Positions 12,985-24,989 of a DNA stretch of 48,543 nt are shown piece by piece. A model generated the notes under the pieces. The model was not told the origin of the DNA. It was given only the letters and a program-made list of their open reading frames with translations, and ran no database searches. The position numbers and the translations under genes were made by a program. The stretch's first letter is position 1; each line of letters starts with the position of its first letter. The DNA is from Chiloscyllium plagiosum (lineage: Eukaryota). Where the stretch lies: positions 7,248,133 to 7,296,675 of the forward strand of contig NC_057751.1 of NCBI RefSeq assembly GCF_004010195.1, given 5' to 3'.

Positions 12985-13262
12985 AGTTTCAAGTGCAGTT
13001 CATATTGAATGTAAGTTCATAGTTCCCTGAATTACAAGTAGATGCGATTGTGAAGAAGGCATTTGGTACGCTTGCTTTTATTGGTCACTGCATTAGGTAT
13101 GTAAATTGGGAGGTCATGTTGCGGCTGTACAGGACATTGGTTTGGAATGCTGAGTGCGATTCTGGTCTCCCAGCTTTAGGAAGGATGTTGTGAAACTTGT
13201 AAGAGTTCAGAAAAGATTTTCAAGGATGCTGCTAGGGTTCGCAAATTTGAGCCACTGGGCAA
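12985..13262 (+). mobile_element. CR1 fragment, left half of a copy split by the 13263-17950 insertion
   Basis: ORF2 C-terminal region (TTCTGGTCTCCC...GGATGTTGTGAAACTTG); it resumes colinearly at ~17955. Confidence 0.85.
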
Positions 13263-16200
13263 GAACTTAACATCAAAACTAGGAGCAGGAGTAGGCCATC
13301 TGGCCCTTTTAGCCTGCTCCTCCATGCAATAAGATCATGGCTGATCTTACCTGCTTCACTTACCTGCCCTTTCTCAGTATCCCTTAATTCCTTTATTGTG
13401 CCAAAAAAAACTTTCTTAGCTTTAAAAACATTTACTAAGTAGCATCAACTAGTTCAATGGGCAGGGAATTCCATAGATTTCCAACGCTCTGGGTGCAGAA
13501 GTTCCTTTTCAATTCAGTCCTAAATCTGCTCCTCTTCATTTTGAGGCAATGTTCTCTTGTCCTAGTTTCACCTGCCAGTGGAAACATCCTCTCCTATATC
13601 TCTCTTTCTTATTCCCTTCAAAATTTTATGTTTTGATAAGAACCTCTCTCCTCATTCTTGTAAGTTCTAATGAATATTATCCTAGTCTACTCAGTCTCTC
13701 CTCGTAAGCCAACCCCTTCGACTCTGGAGTCAACCTCGTGAACCTCCTCTGCACCCCCTCCAGTGCCAGTACATTCTTTCTCAAGTAAGGAGACCAAACC
13801 TGTATGCAGTACTCCAGGTATGGCCTCAGCAGCATCCTGTGCAGCTGCAACATAACCTCCCTGCTTTTAAACTCAATCCCTTGAGCAATGAAGGAAAAAA
13901 AATCCATTTGCCTTCCTAATTACTTGTTGTACCTGCAGACCAACCCTCTGAGATTCATGCATAACAACACCCAGGTCCCTCTGCATAGCATGCTGCAACT
14001 TTTTACCATTCAAGTAAAATCCTTTTTACCGTTAATCCTACCAAAATGGATGACTTCACATTTATTCATGTTGTATTCCATCTGCTAGACCTTTGCTCAC
14101 TCACCTAAACTATCTATGCCCCTTTGCAAAGTTTCACAGTCCTTTGCATACTTGACTTTGCCACTCAGCTTGGTGTCACCTGTTAACCTTGACACACTAC
14201 AAGTGGTCCCTAACTCCCAAATCATCTGCGTAAGTTGTGAATAACGCGGTCCCAACACCGATCCCTGAGGCACACCACTGGTTACTAATCACCAACCAGA
14301 ATAGCACTCATTTATCCTCATTCTTTGCTTCCTATTTGCTAACTAATTCTCTATCCATGCTAATACTTTACCCATGATGCCATGCATCGTTATCTTGTGC
14401 AGCAGTCTCATATGTGGCACTTTTGAAATTTCCAAAAGGAAATTGACATAAACCACATTTACTGGGTCCCCCTTGTCTACCTTGCTCATAATGTCTTCAT
14501 AGAATTCCAAAATATTAGTTAAGTGTGACCTGCCCTTCATGAACCCACACTATGTCTGCCCAATCGGACATTTTCGATCTAGAGGTCTTGCTATTTCTTC
14601 CTTGATAAGACTCAAGCATCTTCCCCACGACAGAAGTTAAGCTTACCAGTCAATAATTCCCCATCTTCTGTCTACCCCCGCTCTTTTTAAACATTGGAAA
14701 ACAGCAAGTGTGACGCCAATCTGCTGGAACTGCTCCAGAATCTAGCGAATTTTGGAAAATTACGGCACATGCACTTTTCTATTTCTGATGCCATCTCTTT
14801 CATAGCCTGGGAATGCCTTCCAACAGAGCCAAGAGACTTGTCTATCCTTAGCTCCATTTGTTTGCCCAACACAATCTCTTTTGTAATAATTTTTTCCAGG
14901 TCCTCACCTACCTTCAAATTCCTGGCATGTTTTTGATGTTCTCCACTGTGAAGACAGATACAAAATACCTGTTCAGTGCCTCAGCCATTTCATCATATCC
15001 CAAAACTAAATGCCCCTTTTCATCCTCTGAAGGACCAGCGTTTACTTTAGCCACTCTCTTTCATTTTATGTATTTATACAAACTTTTGCTATCTGTCTTG
15101 ATATTCTGTGCTAGTTTTTTCTCCTGGTCTATCATTTCTTTATATCTCTATTTGTGGCTTTCTGTTCACTTTTAAAGCTTTCCCACTCTAGTTTCCCACT
15201 GATGTTGGCCACTTTGTACGCCTTCTCTTTTAATTTGATAGCCTCCCTTATTTTCTTAGATACCCATAGCATATTACCCCTTTTCTTACAGTCCTTCCTT
15301 ATCACTGGAATATACTTTTGCTGAGCACTTCAAAAAACTGTTTGTCAACTGTCACACCATTAAAATCTTTGTTTTCAGTCTACTTTAGCCAACTCCTCCC
15401 TCATCCTATTGTAGTCTCCCTTGATGAAACACAGGACTTTGGTACTGGATTTTATCTTCACACTCTCCATCTGCATTCTAAATTCAACCATACTGTGATT
15501 GCTCCTTCTAAGAGGATCCATCACTATGAGCTCATTAATTATTCCTATCTCATTACACAGGACCAGATGTAGGATAGCTTGCTTTCTCGTTGGTTCCATT
15601 ACATAGTCCTCAAGAAAACTATCACTGATACACTCAACAAACTCCTCCTGAAGGTTACCTTGACTGAGCTGGTTCAACCAATCGACATGTAGATTAAAAT
15701 CACCCATGATAATGGCCTTACCATTTTTACAGGCATAAGTTATTTCTTTGTTTATTGCCTGCCCCAGTGTGATGCTATTATTTGGTGGCATAGCCTATAG
15801 GCCAAAGTGATGTTTTTTTCTTGGAATTTCTAATTTCCACCCAAATGGATTCAACCTTATTTTCCACAGAACCTACGTCATCTCTCTGCACCATCCTGAT
15901 GTCATCCTTAAATTTCAGAGTTGCACCATCTCCCTTATTGTCCTGTTTATCCTTCTGAAATAGTCTGATACCCCTGGATATTTAACTACCAGTTATGACT
16001 ATTAGGCGACCATGTCTCTGTAATGGCTACTAAATCATGTTCATTTGTGATGATTTGCGCTGTTAACTTATCGACCTTGTTATGAATGCTCTGACCATTC
16101 AGGTCAAGTGCCCTTATGCTTGTTTTCATACCCTCATGATTTCCAGCATCTGTAATAAAAAAATCCTGAGTTATCTTTCCTTTTTACTTCTTTCATAGTT

Positions 16201-16569
16201 TGCCTTGTACTTAAACCCTCTTGCACACACGCTAACCTGCTGATTAGGTTTGTATTAACCACCATACTTCATTTTCCCTTGCCCTTGCCCCATAGCACAC
16301 TAGTTTAAATTCCTCGTGACCACCCTATGTACCCTTTTCACTAGAACACTGGTTCTGGATTGGTTCGGGTGGAGACAGTCCCATCAGTACAGATATCTCC
16401 TGTTCAAAAACTGATGCTAATGCTCCATGAAATGGAACCCCTCTTTGCAACGCCACTTCCTTCGTCAGATGTTTGCTTCCCTAATTTTCTTATCCCTCAG
16501 TTGAATTGCATATGGCTTGGGCACTCATCCAGAGATTGTAACACTTGACGCCCTGTTCCTTAATTGATA

Positions 16570-16895
16570 TTCATTGAATCTGTACAGTATGGAAACAGGC
16601 CATTAGGCCCAACAAGTCCACACTGACTCTCCAAAGAGTAACCCACCCAGACCCATTCCTCTACCCTATTACTCTACACTTATCCCTGACTAATGCACCT
16701 GACCCATACTATGGGCCATTTCGTATCGTCAGTTCACCTGACCTGCACATCTTTGAACTGTGGGAGGAAACTGGACTGCCCAGAGGGAACCCCGCAGGGG
16801 AGAATGTGCAAACTCCACAAGGACCGTCACCTGAGGATGGAATTGTAACCGGATCCCTGCCACTGAGGTAGTATTGCTAACCACTGAGCTGCCCT
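16570..16895 (-). mobile_element. HE1-type SINE nested in CR1 ORF1
   Basis: Same head, core and tail as 4657-4976 but more diverged. Confidence 0.9.
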
Positions 16896-17544
16896 AGTGC
16901 TTGTCATTCCTCATGCTTGGTAATCCTCAGGTCCTCCTTCCGAGCCTTACCTATGTTGTTTGTCCCAATGTGGACCACAACAACTGGACCTCTTCTTCCC
17001 ATTCCAATGTCCTCAAGCTGGTCAGAGATATCCTGCACCCTGTTTCAGGCAGGCAACACACCATAAGCCACTGCTGGTCTGGCTTACAAAGAATACTATC
17101 TATCCTTCCCGAATCATAGAATCCCTTATAATTATCACTTGTTTTTTTGCTCCCCCCTCTTGAATTGCTTTCTGCACCATACTGCCGTGGTCAGCTGGCT
17201 GTTCGTCCCCACAGCCCTTTTCCTCATCCACACAGGGAGTAAGCATCTTATACCTGTTGGATAAGTTCAAAAGCTGAGGGTTTTCCATTCCTGAACTCAG
17301 GATCCCCCTACTTACTTCACTTGCAATCACACCCTGTTGTCCCTGATCACAAACTGAATTTCTATTATTTAATCCACCAGGTGTGACTGCCTCCTGAAAT
17401 AAAGCGTCAAGGTACTTCTTTCCATCCTGGATGTGCAGCAGTGTTTGAAGCTCAGATTTCAGCTCATCAACTCTGAGCTAGAGTTTCTCCAGGAACCAAC
17501 ACTTGCTGCAGATGTGGTCACTGCAGTTCACAATGGATTCATCT

Positions 17545-17785
17545 TTTTTTTAATGAGAGCTAACTCCTACAATATTGTCAAAGAGCAGATAGCGATCTGT
17601 GTTAACCAAAACAAACAGTGAAGGGTATTCGGACTGCTGTGTGGAAGGCCTCAGAGCGTTTCTGCTTTTCCCATATTGTTGCAGGTGATGGAGCATATCA
17701 GGGGCTGGTATCTCATCACTAAATCATCCTTTATTTACATATGGAGATTACTTGACACTGATCCAGCTCCCTCAGAGACTGCACA
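17545..17785 (-). mobile_element. Insertion in the CR1 ORF1 start containing a partial LTR of the 34615 family
   Basis: Reverse complement of 17700-17780 (CTCTGAGGGAGCTGGATCAGTGTCAAG...GTAAATAAAGGATGA) aligns by eye with 34760-34835. Confidence 0.6.
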
Positions 17786-17954
17786 TCATCTACCCAGCCA
17801 TCTCTACTTAATTACTTTATTAAATTATGTAAATTTGAGTTAATTTATAATACTTATCTGCTATGGTCTTTTTCAAACTTACTGCAGCTTCCCTCTTATG
17901 TGACTCCAGTAGTTGTCAGTGCACTGAGTTTTATACTCACTCTGTGCTGCTGCT

Positions 17955-18370
17955 GCACAGGCTTGAATAGGCTGGGGCTTTTTTTTCCTCTGGTGTGTCT
18001 GAGGCTGAGGTTCATTAAATCATAAGGAGCATGGATAAGGTGTATAGGCAGGGACTTTTCCTGGGGTGGAGAAGTTCAAATCTAGATGGCATAGGTTTAA
18101 GATGAAAGCGGAAAGATTTAAAAGGGACTTAAGGGGCAACTGTTTCATGCAGAGGGTGGTGCTTGCACAGAATGAGCTGCCAGAGGAGGTGGTAGAGGCT
18201 GGGATAATTACAACATTTAAAAGGGATCTGGATGTGTATATGAATAGGAAGGGTGAAGAGGGATATGGGCCAAGTGCTGGCAAGTAGGACTAGATGAATT
18301 TAGGATACCTGGTCGGCTTGGACGAGTTGGACCAAAGGGTCTGTTTCTGTGCTGTACAGCGCTATGAATC
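17955..18370 (+). mobile_element. CR1 3' end (right half of the 12985 copy)
   Basis: ORF 18066-18287 DLRGNCFMQRVV..QNELPEEVVEA..ITTFKRDLD, followed by the 3' UTR. Confidence 0.9.
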
Positions 18371-18559
18371 TCGGTCACTTTTTTTCCAATTTCAAAATGT
18401 CCTGCTCGACCAGAAGATCCCATAATTGATATCTGAACTGTCCTCAATTAAATAGAATTATGCAAGAACAGAAACCGGATTGGCATCATTTAGCTTCTAC
18501 CACACTGCCTTGGGAAGATGACATGACTCCTGCCTGGTGACCTCATTTGGAAAAAATGT

Positions 18560-19060
18560 GTGGATTGTGATGCTCTTATTGGTTAAACAGTCATCTACTA
18601 CAGCATTCTAAGAATTGGCTTATCCATAGTCCTTCACTGCAGCAAAATGTATGCCAGTGCTTCAGAGGAATGTTTGCAACAAAATTTGACTTGGAGCTGC
18701 TGTAGGGGATATTTGGACAGAGGACCAAAAGCTTGGCAAGTTTTTTGACCTTGTCAAGGTTTGAGGTTTTGAAAAGGATTTTGTGAATGTTCAGGAGTTG
18801 ACATTGTGCTCAGGCAGGTCAAGGTGCACTTGTTCCTAGCTGTACATTTGGCATCAATGACGTAAAAAGGGCCTGAATTAGGGTTTTCATGGTGGAGGAG
18901 GTTAATGAAATTGGGAAGGAGCAAAACTCTGGAAAGGTTTGAAAGTAAGGATAAGAATTTTTGAAATTTAGACATAGTAAGAGGAGGAGTTAATATTGGT
19001 CAGCAAGCACAAAGGCTTGATGGTAGTGCAACTGAGATGAGGCAACAGTTAGTACCATGA
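18560..19060 (-). mobile_element. Ancient L2-like LINE 3' relic
   Basis: GGGGATATTTGGACAGAGGACCAAAAGCTTGG and GGTTTGAAAGTAAGGATAAGAATTTT are typical antisense L2 3' sequence; a similar relic lies at 22080-22400. Confidence 0.5.
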
Positions 19061-19990
19061 AACCAACCCCAGCAAGCTGAGTGCAGAAAAGAAAGCTTAA
19101 ATATTAAATATTTGCACATATATTTACGACTGAGAAAATTATCACTGATTTTCACAACGCATCAATTCCCTCACTGCAAGGAGAAAGATGCAGTGAAACT
19201 GACAACTGATCCAATCTCTACAAAAGTTATTACTGCACTACCCTTGATAAATGACAATCATACTGAAGTTTTTTTTTATTAAAAATCTGAATTGTATCAG
19301 CTGATCAAGCTGCTTTATCTGGTGGAACTTGACTGGGCATGTTTGGATCGGTTTACTGCAGGGGAGACGAAGCAGTCTCAATTTATGGTGCCTTTTCCAG
19401 GATGTGTATTTATATGATTCGTTACCAAATTAAGCAAAAATCTTCCACTGTTCCTTTTTTGTACTTTACCACCTGCTCATTGCAACCTGAGCAGTATCTT
19501 GGATGAGTGAAGAAAGAGATTTTGTAATATTTTCCAAGTTTTTTGTGTTTGAGATCCCTTTATCCCTGTTGACTTGTACTTGTTTCTCTCTTTATGTCAT
19601 CGAATTTTCATTCTGCTCTCAGGAATTTTGCCCATGGTGTTGTCAGGATGTATAAATAACCTTAAATGGAGTTGTGAGAGAGACATCACTTGAAGAGCAT
19701 AAATGTTACCACAGGCCCTTTAAGTCAAGTGGCCTGTTTCCTTTTTTCACATGCTGTGTAAATATGCAGTATATATGTTCATTTCCAAGACTCAGATCTG
19801 GATGGATACACTTTCTAGCAAGGATCCTGATCCAACAGATAGGAACCATGACTAAATTAGATTCCACCCCTGCTCAAGGAACTCAAGCTGATAAAAATGC
19901 TCTAATGGGCTGAATCCAGAATCTTGTACTGTGGAGGACGCAGCAGATTTGTGGTCTGTGTCCCTGAAGCGAGACATTTTCTCTTTGTAG

Positions 19991-20120
19991 ATCTTGCATT
20001 AATTTCTCTACCTTGAGTTGTCCTGCATCACATTGATCAATGCAGCTTGGTCCCTCTTCTTGCAAGATATGACCTAAATGTAAAGCTATAACAATGTTGC
20101 AAAGAACAGTGTGAGGAAAG
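19991..20120 (+). other. Candidate 130-nt non-coding (5' UTR or lncRNA) exon
   Basis: Acceptor TTTTCTCTTTGTAG and perfect donor AAG|GTAAGT in non-repeat DNA; stops in all three frames. Confidence 0.45.
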
Positions 20121-20479
20121 GTAAGTGGCCTCCATTCGCTTCCAATAACCTGGCGATGATGACTGGTCCAAATCCCTTCCTTGCCCAACTCGAGGTGACG
20201 AGTCTCCTCATGCTGCTATATTCCTTTTTCAAGTTTCAATTTTCTTGCAACTGAACGAGTGAAGTTCGTAACAGATCCTTTCTCTTGAAGTAACAATAGA
20301 AAATGTCTCCTTGTAAAATCATCATCGTACATGAAGCCATCAATTCAGTAAGGAATGTAAAACCACTACTTCTAATGCTTCATCAGTCCCAGGAATGACA
20401 TTATCAGTCAGTAATCTGATGTTAGCTTGTATAGAAAAATATGGAGTGCTTTGTGTGATGGGTGTGGTGATTCTGCTCA

Positions 20480-20760
20480 ATGACAAATTCAAGATTATTT
20501 CCCCTCGTGGCAGTTTGACAACTTGAATTCAGATCCAAGGAACCTCGAAATGAAAGCTGGTAGTACCAGAAGTGACCTTCTAGCTGTTGTAAAAACACAA
20601 TTGGTTCACTGACATCTTTACAGAAAGGAAGCCTGACATCCTTGTCTTCGGCTGCAGCCTGACATTAATCCAGAAACTTCTTTCTTAAATGGCCTGGCTT
20701 GCTGCCAATCTGCTTTCTTCAGAAGGATGTAAAATAGTAATGCCCGTCTCCTCAAACTGA
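20480..20760 (+). mobile_element. Ancient tRNA-derived SINE relic
   Basis: GTTGTAAAAACACAATTGGTTCACTGACATCTTT...GGAAGCCTGAC...AAATGGCCT core. Confidence 0.6.
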
Positions 20761-21399
20761 TTACCTTCGGAAAGTATCTACCAACAACCTTTTCTCAAAG
20801 ACTCAGATTATTGAATGAGTAACTGGCGATCAGGAACCATTTGAGGTTGAACCCTGGTCTCAGTTACCTGATCTCAAACTGGTTAGCAAATAGTGTATGG
20901 CAACTGGTCTCGTTGTTTCTGAATTATAGAGTGGTCCGGTTGGGCACAGTCAGAGTGGGATTCTGTTCTTGGTGGAAGATGAATAAAAAATGACTGGACC
21001 ATGTGAATTTATGATCCACCACCCACTGCAGTCAACACTATCGAGAGTCATCTGTTTGTCACTTGAGTGGTGGACCTCCTTACTGTGAAGAAAGTTTGCC
21101 CAATGCGCTTTCAGTTAACAGTGAACATTAAAATAGCTTGTGGTTTTCTTCTCCCTTGCTCTTAGCAATGCACTGATTCTCTTGGTGTGTTCTTTAACCT
21201 CACAAGTGGCCAATCAATGTGTTTGAGTACAGTCAGATATAGCTGTTTCATTTGGGGTCACAGCAGGGCAAAATGGGAAGTTTTTTTTCTCTCCTTTGTT
21301 TCATGCACCATCAGTGCATTCCTTTATTGCATTTTGATTGGTGAATTGCATTGAACAATTAGGTAACAAACTCTTCAACTTCCAGGTACACAAATGAGA

Positions 21400-21660
21400 C
21401 GGCAGTAGTAAAGTCATTGGAGTAGTGAAACAGAACCCCGGAGGTGCAAATTGTGGGGATGTGCGTTTGAATCTCAACATGGCACGTGGTGAAGTTAAAT
21501 TCAGTGAAAACTTAGATTGAAATCCTAACTGGCTCTGCCAACGTGTGACTCTTGCCAAGAGCAATGTGGTTGATGCTTCTTTAACTGCCGACTTAGCAAT
21601 TAGGGAGGGGCAATAGATGCTGGCCTAGCCAGAAATGTCCACATCGTATGAACAACTTAG
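21400..21660 (+). mobile_element. Ancient tRNA-derived SINE relic
   Basis: GTGACTC...GCAATGTGGTTGA and tail GCAATTAGGGAGGGGCAATAGATGCTGGCCTAGCCAG. Confidence 0.7.
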
Positions 21661-22079
21661 AAAGAAGCTTCCCAGGTGGAAGTTAAAGTGATGTTTGCTC
21701 AACATAGCCTCTTGGGGGAGCTAACGGACAAACCTGCATTGACAACTATTTGGACAATGAACATAGTATCATAATGATCTTGAGGTCTGAAGGCAATTAC
21801 GTTAGTGACCTTTCGGAGGAAATGTGAACACCCTGGGGATGTTTTTTTTTAATGGGGATTTGTTTCGAGTTGGAAAAGCGGTTTTTTTTTGAGCAACTCC
21901 AAAAACTGGTGTTACCCCAAAAATAATCTTGTAACAAACTCGCATTGCAAAGATAGTGAGGGAACATGTGACCGTTTTTGAAGTGCAGTAGAACGGATGA
22001 AAGAAACAGGTCAACAAGATTGCCAATTGTTTCCAATTATATGTTTACACGCATCTAACTCTGCCAGTGCACTCAACAG

Positions 22080-22400
22080 CAGCATGCATTCAACCAACAT
22101 CTTTTAAAATGTAAGATGTTACAATAAGTTGTACCAAGATGTAATCAAATAAGCAAGTAGGAAATGTTAAGGGTGGTTTAAAAAAGAGCTTAGTCCAAAA
22201 GCTAAGTTATATAGGAAGCTCTTAAAGGGAAGTCTTAAAGATGAAATCCCCAAAGCCTTGGGGCCCAGGTGAGAAGAGAGGCTCAGCAGCTCTAAATGCA
22301 GTTATCTCTCAAAATTGTCAGGTTAATATAGATTGCAGTTGGGACAGTGAAAGGTCATGGGAAGATATGAAAATAAGAATGACCCAGCAACTTAATATAT
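22080..22400 (-). mobile_element. Ancient L2-like 3' relic
   Basis: Similar to 18560-19060 (GGAAGATATGAAAATAAGAATGA, AAAGCCTTGGGGCCCAGG). Confidence 0.45.
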
Positions 22401-23229
22401 CTGTACATTTCTGTCACCAAATTAAAATTGGATAAATTATATCCAATTACAAGCAAATCAAGTAAGAACAGATAACCTGAATCTTTTTTAAGGAGGTGGT
22501 CATACATATTTTGAAAATTGGGAGAAAGTAGAGAGTTTGTCGATTTCACAAGCTTGGTGGAGGAAGATAGATTCACTCTCGATATAACTATGCACACTAG
22601 CTGTGTCTCTAACGTGAGTGAGGTGTGTTAAAGCAGCAACAATGAAAAATTCTCAGTACCTTTTGAGAAACATTAAGTTATGCAATTATAGCAATTTCAG
22701 ATTGCTGCAGTACCCTCTGTATTTCACTGTTATCTTCAAGATTACAATTATGAATCATTTTTCAGAGTCAACTGTGTTGCTGAGACATAGATAAGGAAAG
22801 CACAGACATGTACAAAACACATTCTGTATAAACGCTGATAAAAAGAAGCAAAAAATATTGAAAGGGTAAAGTCACTGATACAGAAGGAAGGAAGGAATAT
22901 TAAGTGAAACTAATTACGGCCGAAACAGATGTAAAACTTCTCAAACCTTGATGACCTGCTTTCTTTTTGGTGATTTACTTTGATTCTCATGCTGCTACCT
23001 TCTTGGTGCCTCATCCTAAGGGTCGTTTATGTTGTTTATGAGATCTTGTGTGTACTTTTTGCTGCAATTGCATTTGTTACATGTGTCATTGCTCTTAAAA
23101 GAGATGAAAATGTCCTGAAGTGCATGTATTTATTCTTCTTTGTGTGCTTTAAAGTGTGAAATTCAACCATTGAAACCTTTACAGTTAGTGGTCCTGCTTA
23201 TGCAGAAGAGGATGGGAACTGCTCGTACA

Positions 23230-23417
23230 GGCAGCACGGTGGCACAGTGGTTAGCACTGCTGTCTCACAGCGCCTGAGACCCGGGTTCAATTCCCGCCTC
23301 AGGCGACTGACTATGTGGAGTTTGCACGTTGAGTTGCGCTTCGGCGGGTCGGTGTGGACTTGTTGGGCCGAAGGGCCTGTTTTCACACTGTAATGTAATC
23401 TAAAAAAAATCTAATCT
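23230..23417 (+). mobile_element. Young HE1-type SINE with an internal deletion of ~130 bp
   Basis: Near-identical to 12075 at both ends, but joins GTTTGCACG directly to TTGAGTTGCGCTTCGGCGGG. Confidence 0.92.
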
Positions 23418-23539
23418 CCTTATCCCTATTGCAAGTATTTTGTCAATGTAAGTGATAAAACAGAAGCACATCATTTCATGCAGCCAAGCAAATATTCTGA
23501 TTCCACTTTGTTTGCAAATTTCTTTGTTGCCTTTTGCTT

Positions 23540-23830
23540 GATTGTACAAATGTTCCTTTCTTAAGTTATTTGCCATGCAGTACATTCCACAACCTCTCAA
23601 CCCTTTAAGTGGGAAAGGTTCTCCCACTCTCTCTGTCAAATCTCTTAGGGTTAGTTTTTGTCTCCAGATCCCTTTGTTCTCAGGTGCTCTGTGCAGTCTA
23701 CTTACTTACTTCTCTGCCTGAAGCCTTCAACATTTTAAATGCCTCCTTCAAATCATCTCTTGATGTCCTTCATTCTAATGGATGATCTAGTTCTCTTGGG
23801 TGAACTGTTTGGTCTAATTCTTGGTGGAAT
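23540..23830 (-). mobile_element. Very old CR1 3' relic
   Basis: CATTCCACAACCTCTCAACCC...AAGCCTTCAACATTTTAAATGCCTCC resembles the antisense CR1 ORF2 C-terminus. Confidence 0.5.
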
Positions 23831-23859
23831 ATTTTCAGACTTTGAGCAATTCTGAAAGC

Positions 23860-24373
23860 TGGTGAAGTCTACATGACTGAATTGTACAAATCATTTGGAG
23901 AGACAGGAATGATTAGGGATAGTCAGAATGGTTTTGTGTGAGGAGATCATGTCTCACAAATTTGATTGGGTGTTTTGAGGAAGTAACCAAAAAGATTGAT
24001 GAGGTTAGAGTGCAGTTGGGACATTGTTTTTGTGGACTTTAGTAAAGCCATTGACAGGGTTCCGCATGATAGGATAATTAGTAAAGTTAAATCACGTGGG
24101 ATTCAGGGTGAGCTTGCCAATTGAATTCAAAATTGGTTTTACAATAGGCGACAGAAGACAATGACAGAGGATTGTTTTGCGCAGTGGAGGCCTGTGACCA
24201 GCGATGTACCACAGGGTTTGGTTCTGGGTCCACTTTTGTTTGTCATTTATATAAATCAATTCGATAAAGATATTCAAGGCATGATTAGTAATTTTGTAGA
24301 TGACACAAAGATTGTTGGCACAGTGGACAGTGAAAAAGGTTACCTTAGATTACAAAGAGATCTTAATCAATTG
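23860..24373 (+). mobile_element. CR1 RT fragment (continues at 26511)
   Basis: [42 protein letters not shown]. Confidence 0.92.
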
Positions 24374-24490
24374 AACTGGCTTGAAGGTGGAAGACTCAGA
24401 GTTGTGGTGGAGGGTTGCCTTTCAGACTGGAGGCCTGTGACCAGAGGTGTGCCACAAGGATCGGTGCTGGGGCCACTGCTTTTCATCGTT
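24374..24490 (+). mobile_element. Second short CR1 RT piece repeating the PQGSVLGP region
   Basis: [37 protein letters not shown], diverged from the equivalent segment at 24125-24250. Confidence 0.88.
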
Positions 24491-24491
24491 T

Positions 24492-24828
24492 GTTGGCTCA
24501 GTGGTTAGCACTACTGCCTAACAGTGCCAGGGACCGAGGTTCGATCCCAACCTCTGGTGACTGTCTGTGTGAAGTTTGCACATTCGCCCCTGTGACTGCG
24601 TGGGTTTCCTCCAGGTGCTCTGGTTTTCTCCCACAATCCAAAGATGTGCCAGGTTAGGTGAATTAGCCAAGCTAAATTGCCTATAATGTTCAGGGATGTG
24701 TAGGTTAGGTACATTAGTCAGAGGTAGATATAGAATAATAGGGTAGGGGAATAGGGTTACTCATCGGAGGGTCGGTGTGGACTTGTTGGGCCGAAGGGCC
24801 TGTTTCCACACAATAGGGATTCTATGGT
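24492..24828 (+). mobile_element. HE1-type SINE lacking its first few bases
   Basis: TGGCTCAGTGGTTAGC, GGTTCGATCCC and tail GGGCCGAAGGGCCTGTTTCC. Confidence 0.92.
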
Positions 24829-24989
24829 TAATATAAATTGTTGGTGCAATCTTATGGATAGTACACTGGTCTGTCCATTTGCTTAGCTGAACAGGCTTCA
24901 TCGTAGACAGTTATGGGCAGACCCTTTAATGAGTCGTTCATGAAGATCCAATTGATTTGGGGTTGAGATTGTCCACAATGTGGAAAATG

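Larger units (their letters stand above)
13263..17950 (-). mobile_element. Near full-length degenerate CR1 LINE (5' UTR, ORF1 Zn-finger/SGNH esterase, ORF2 APE endonuclease + RT, 3' UTR)
   Basis: ORF1 LSNRY..L and VIIIRDSMIR (17100-17330); APE IMGDFN and SNHSMVEF (15375-15791); RT GRSHLTNILEFYE (14343-14540); LEYCIQVWSPYLRK (13677-13907). Many stops and frameshifts. Confidence 0.93.

Noticed and set aside
19883..20188. 101-aa minus ORF with a coiled-coil-like stretch (LKVEKLMQDLQRENVSLQ)
   Set aside because: Non-ATG start, no family recognised and no supporting minus-strand splice sites; the + strand exon signal is stronger.
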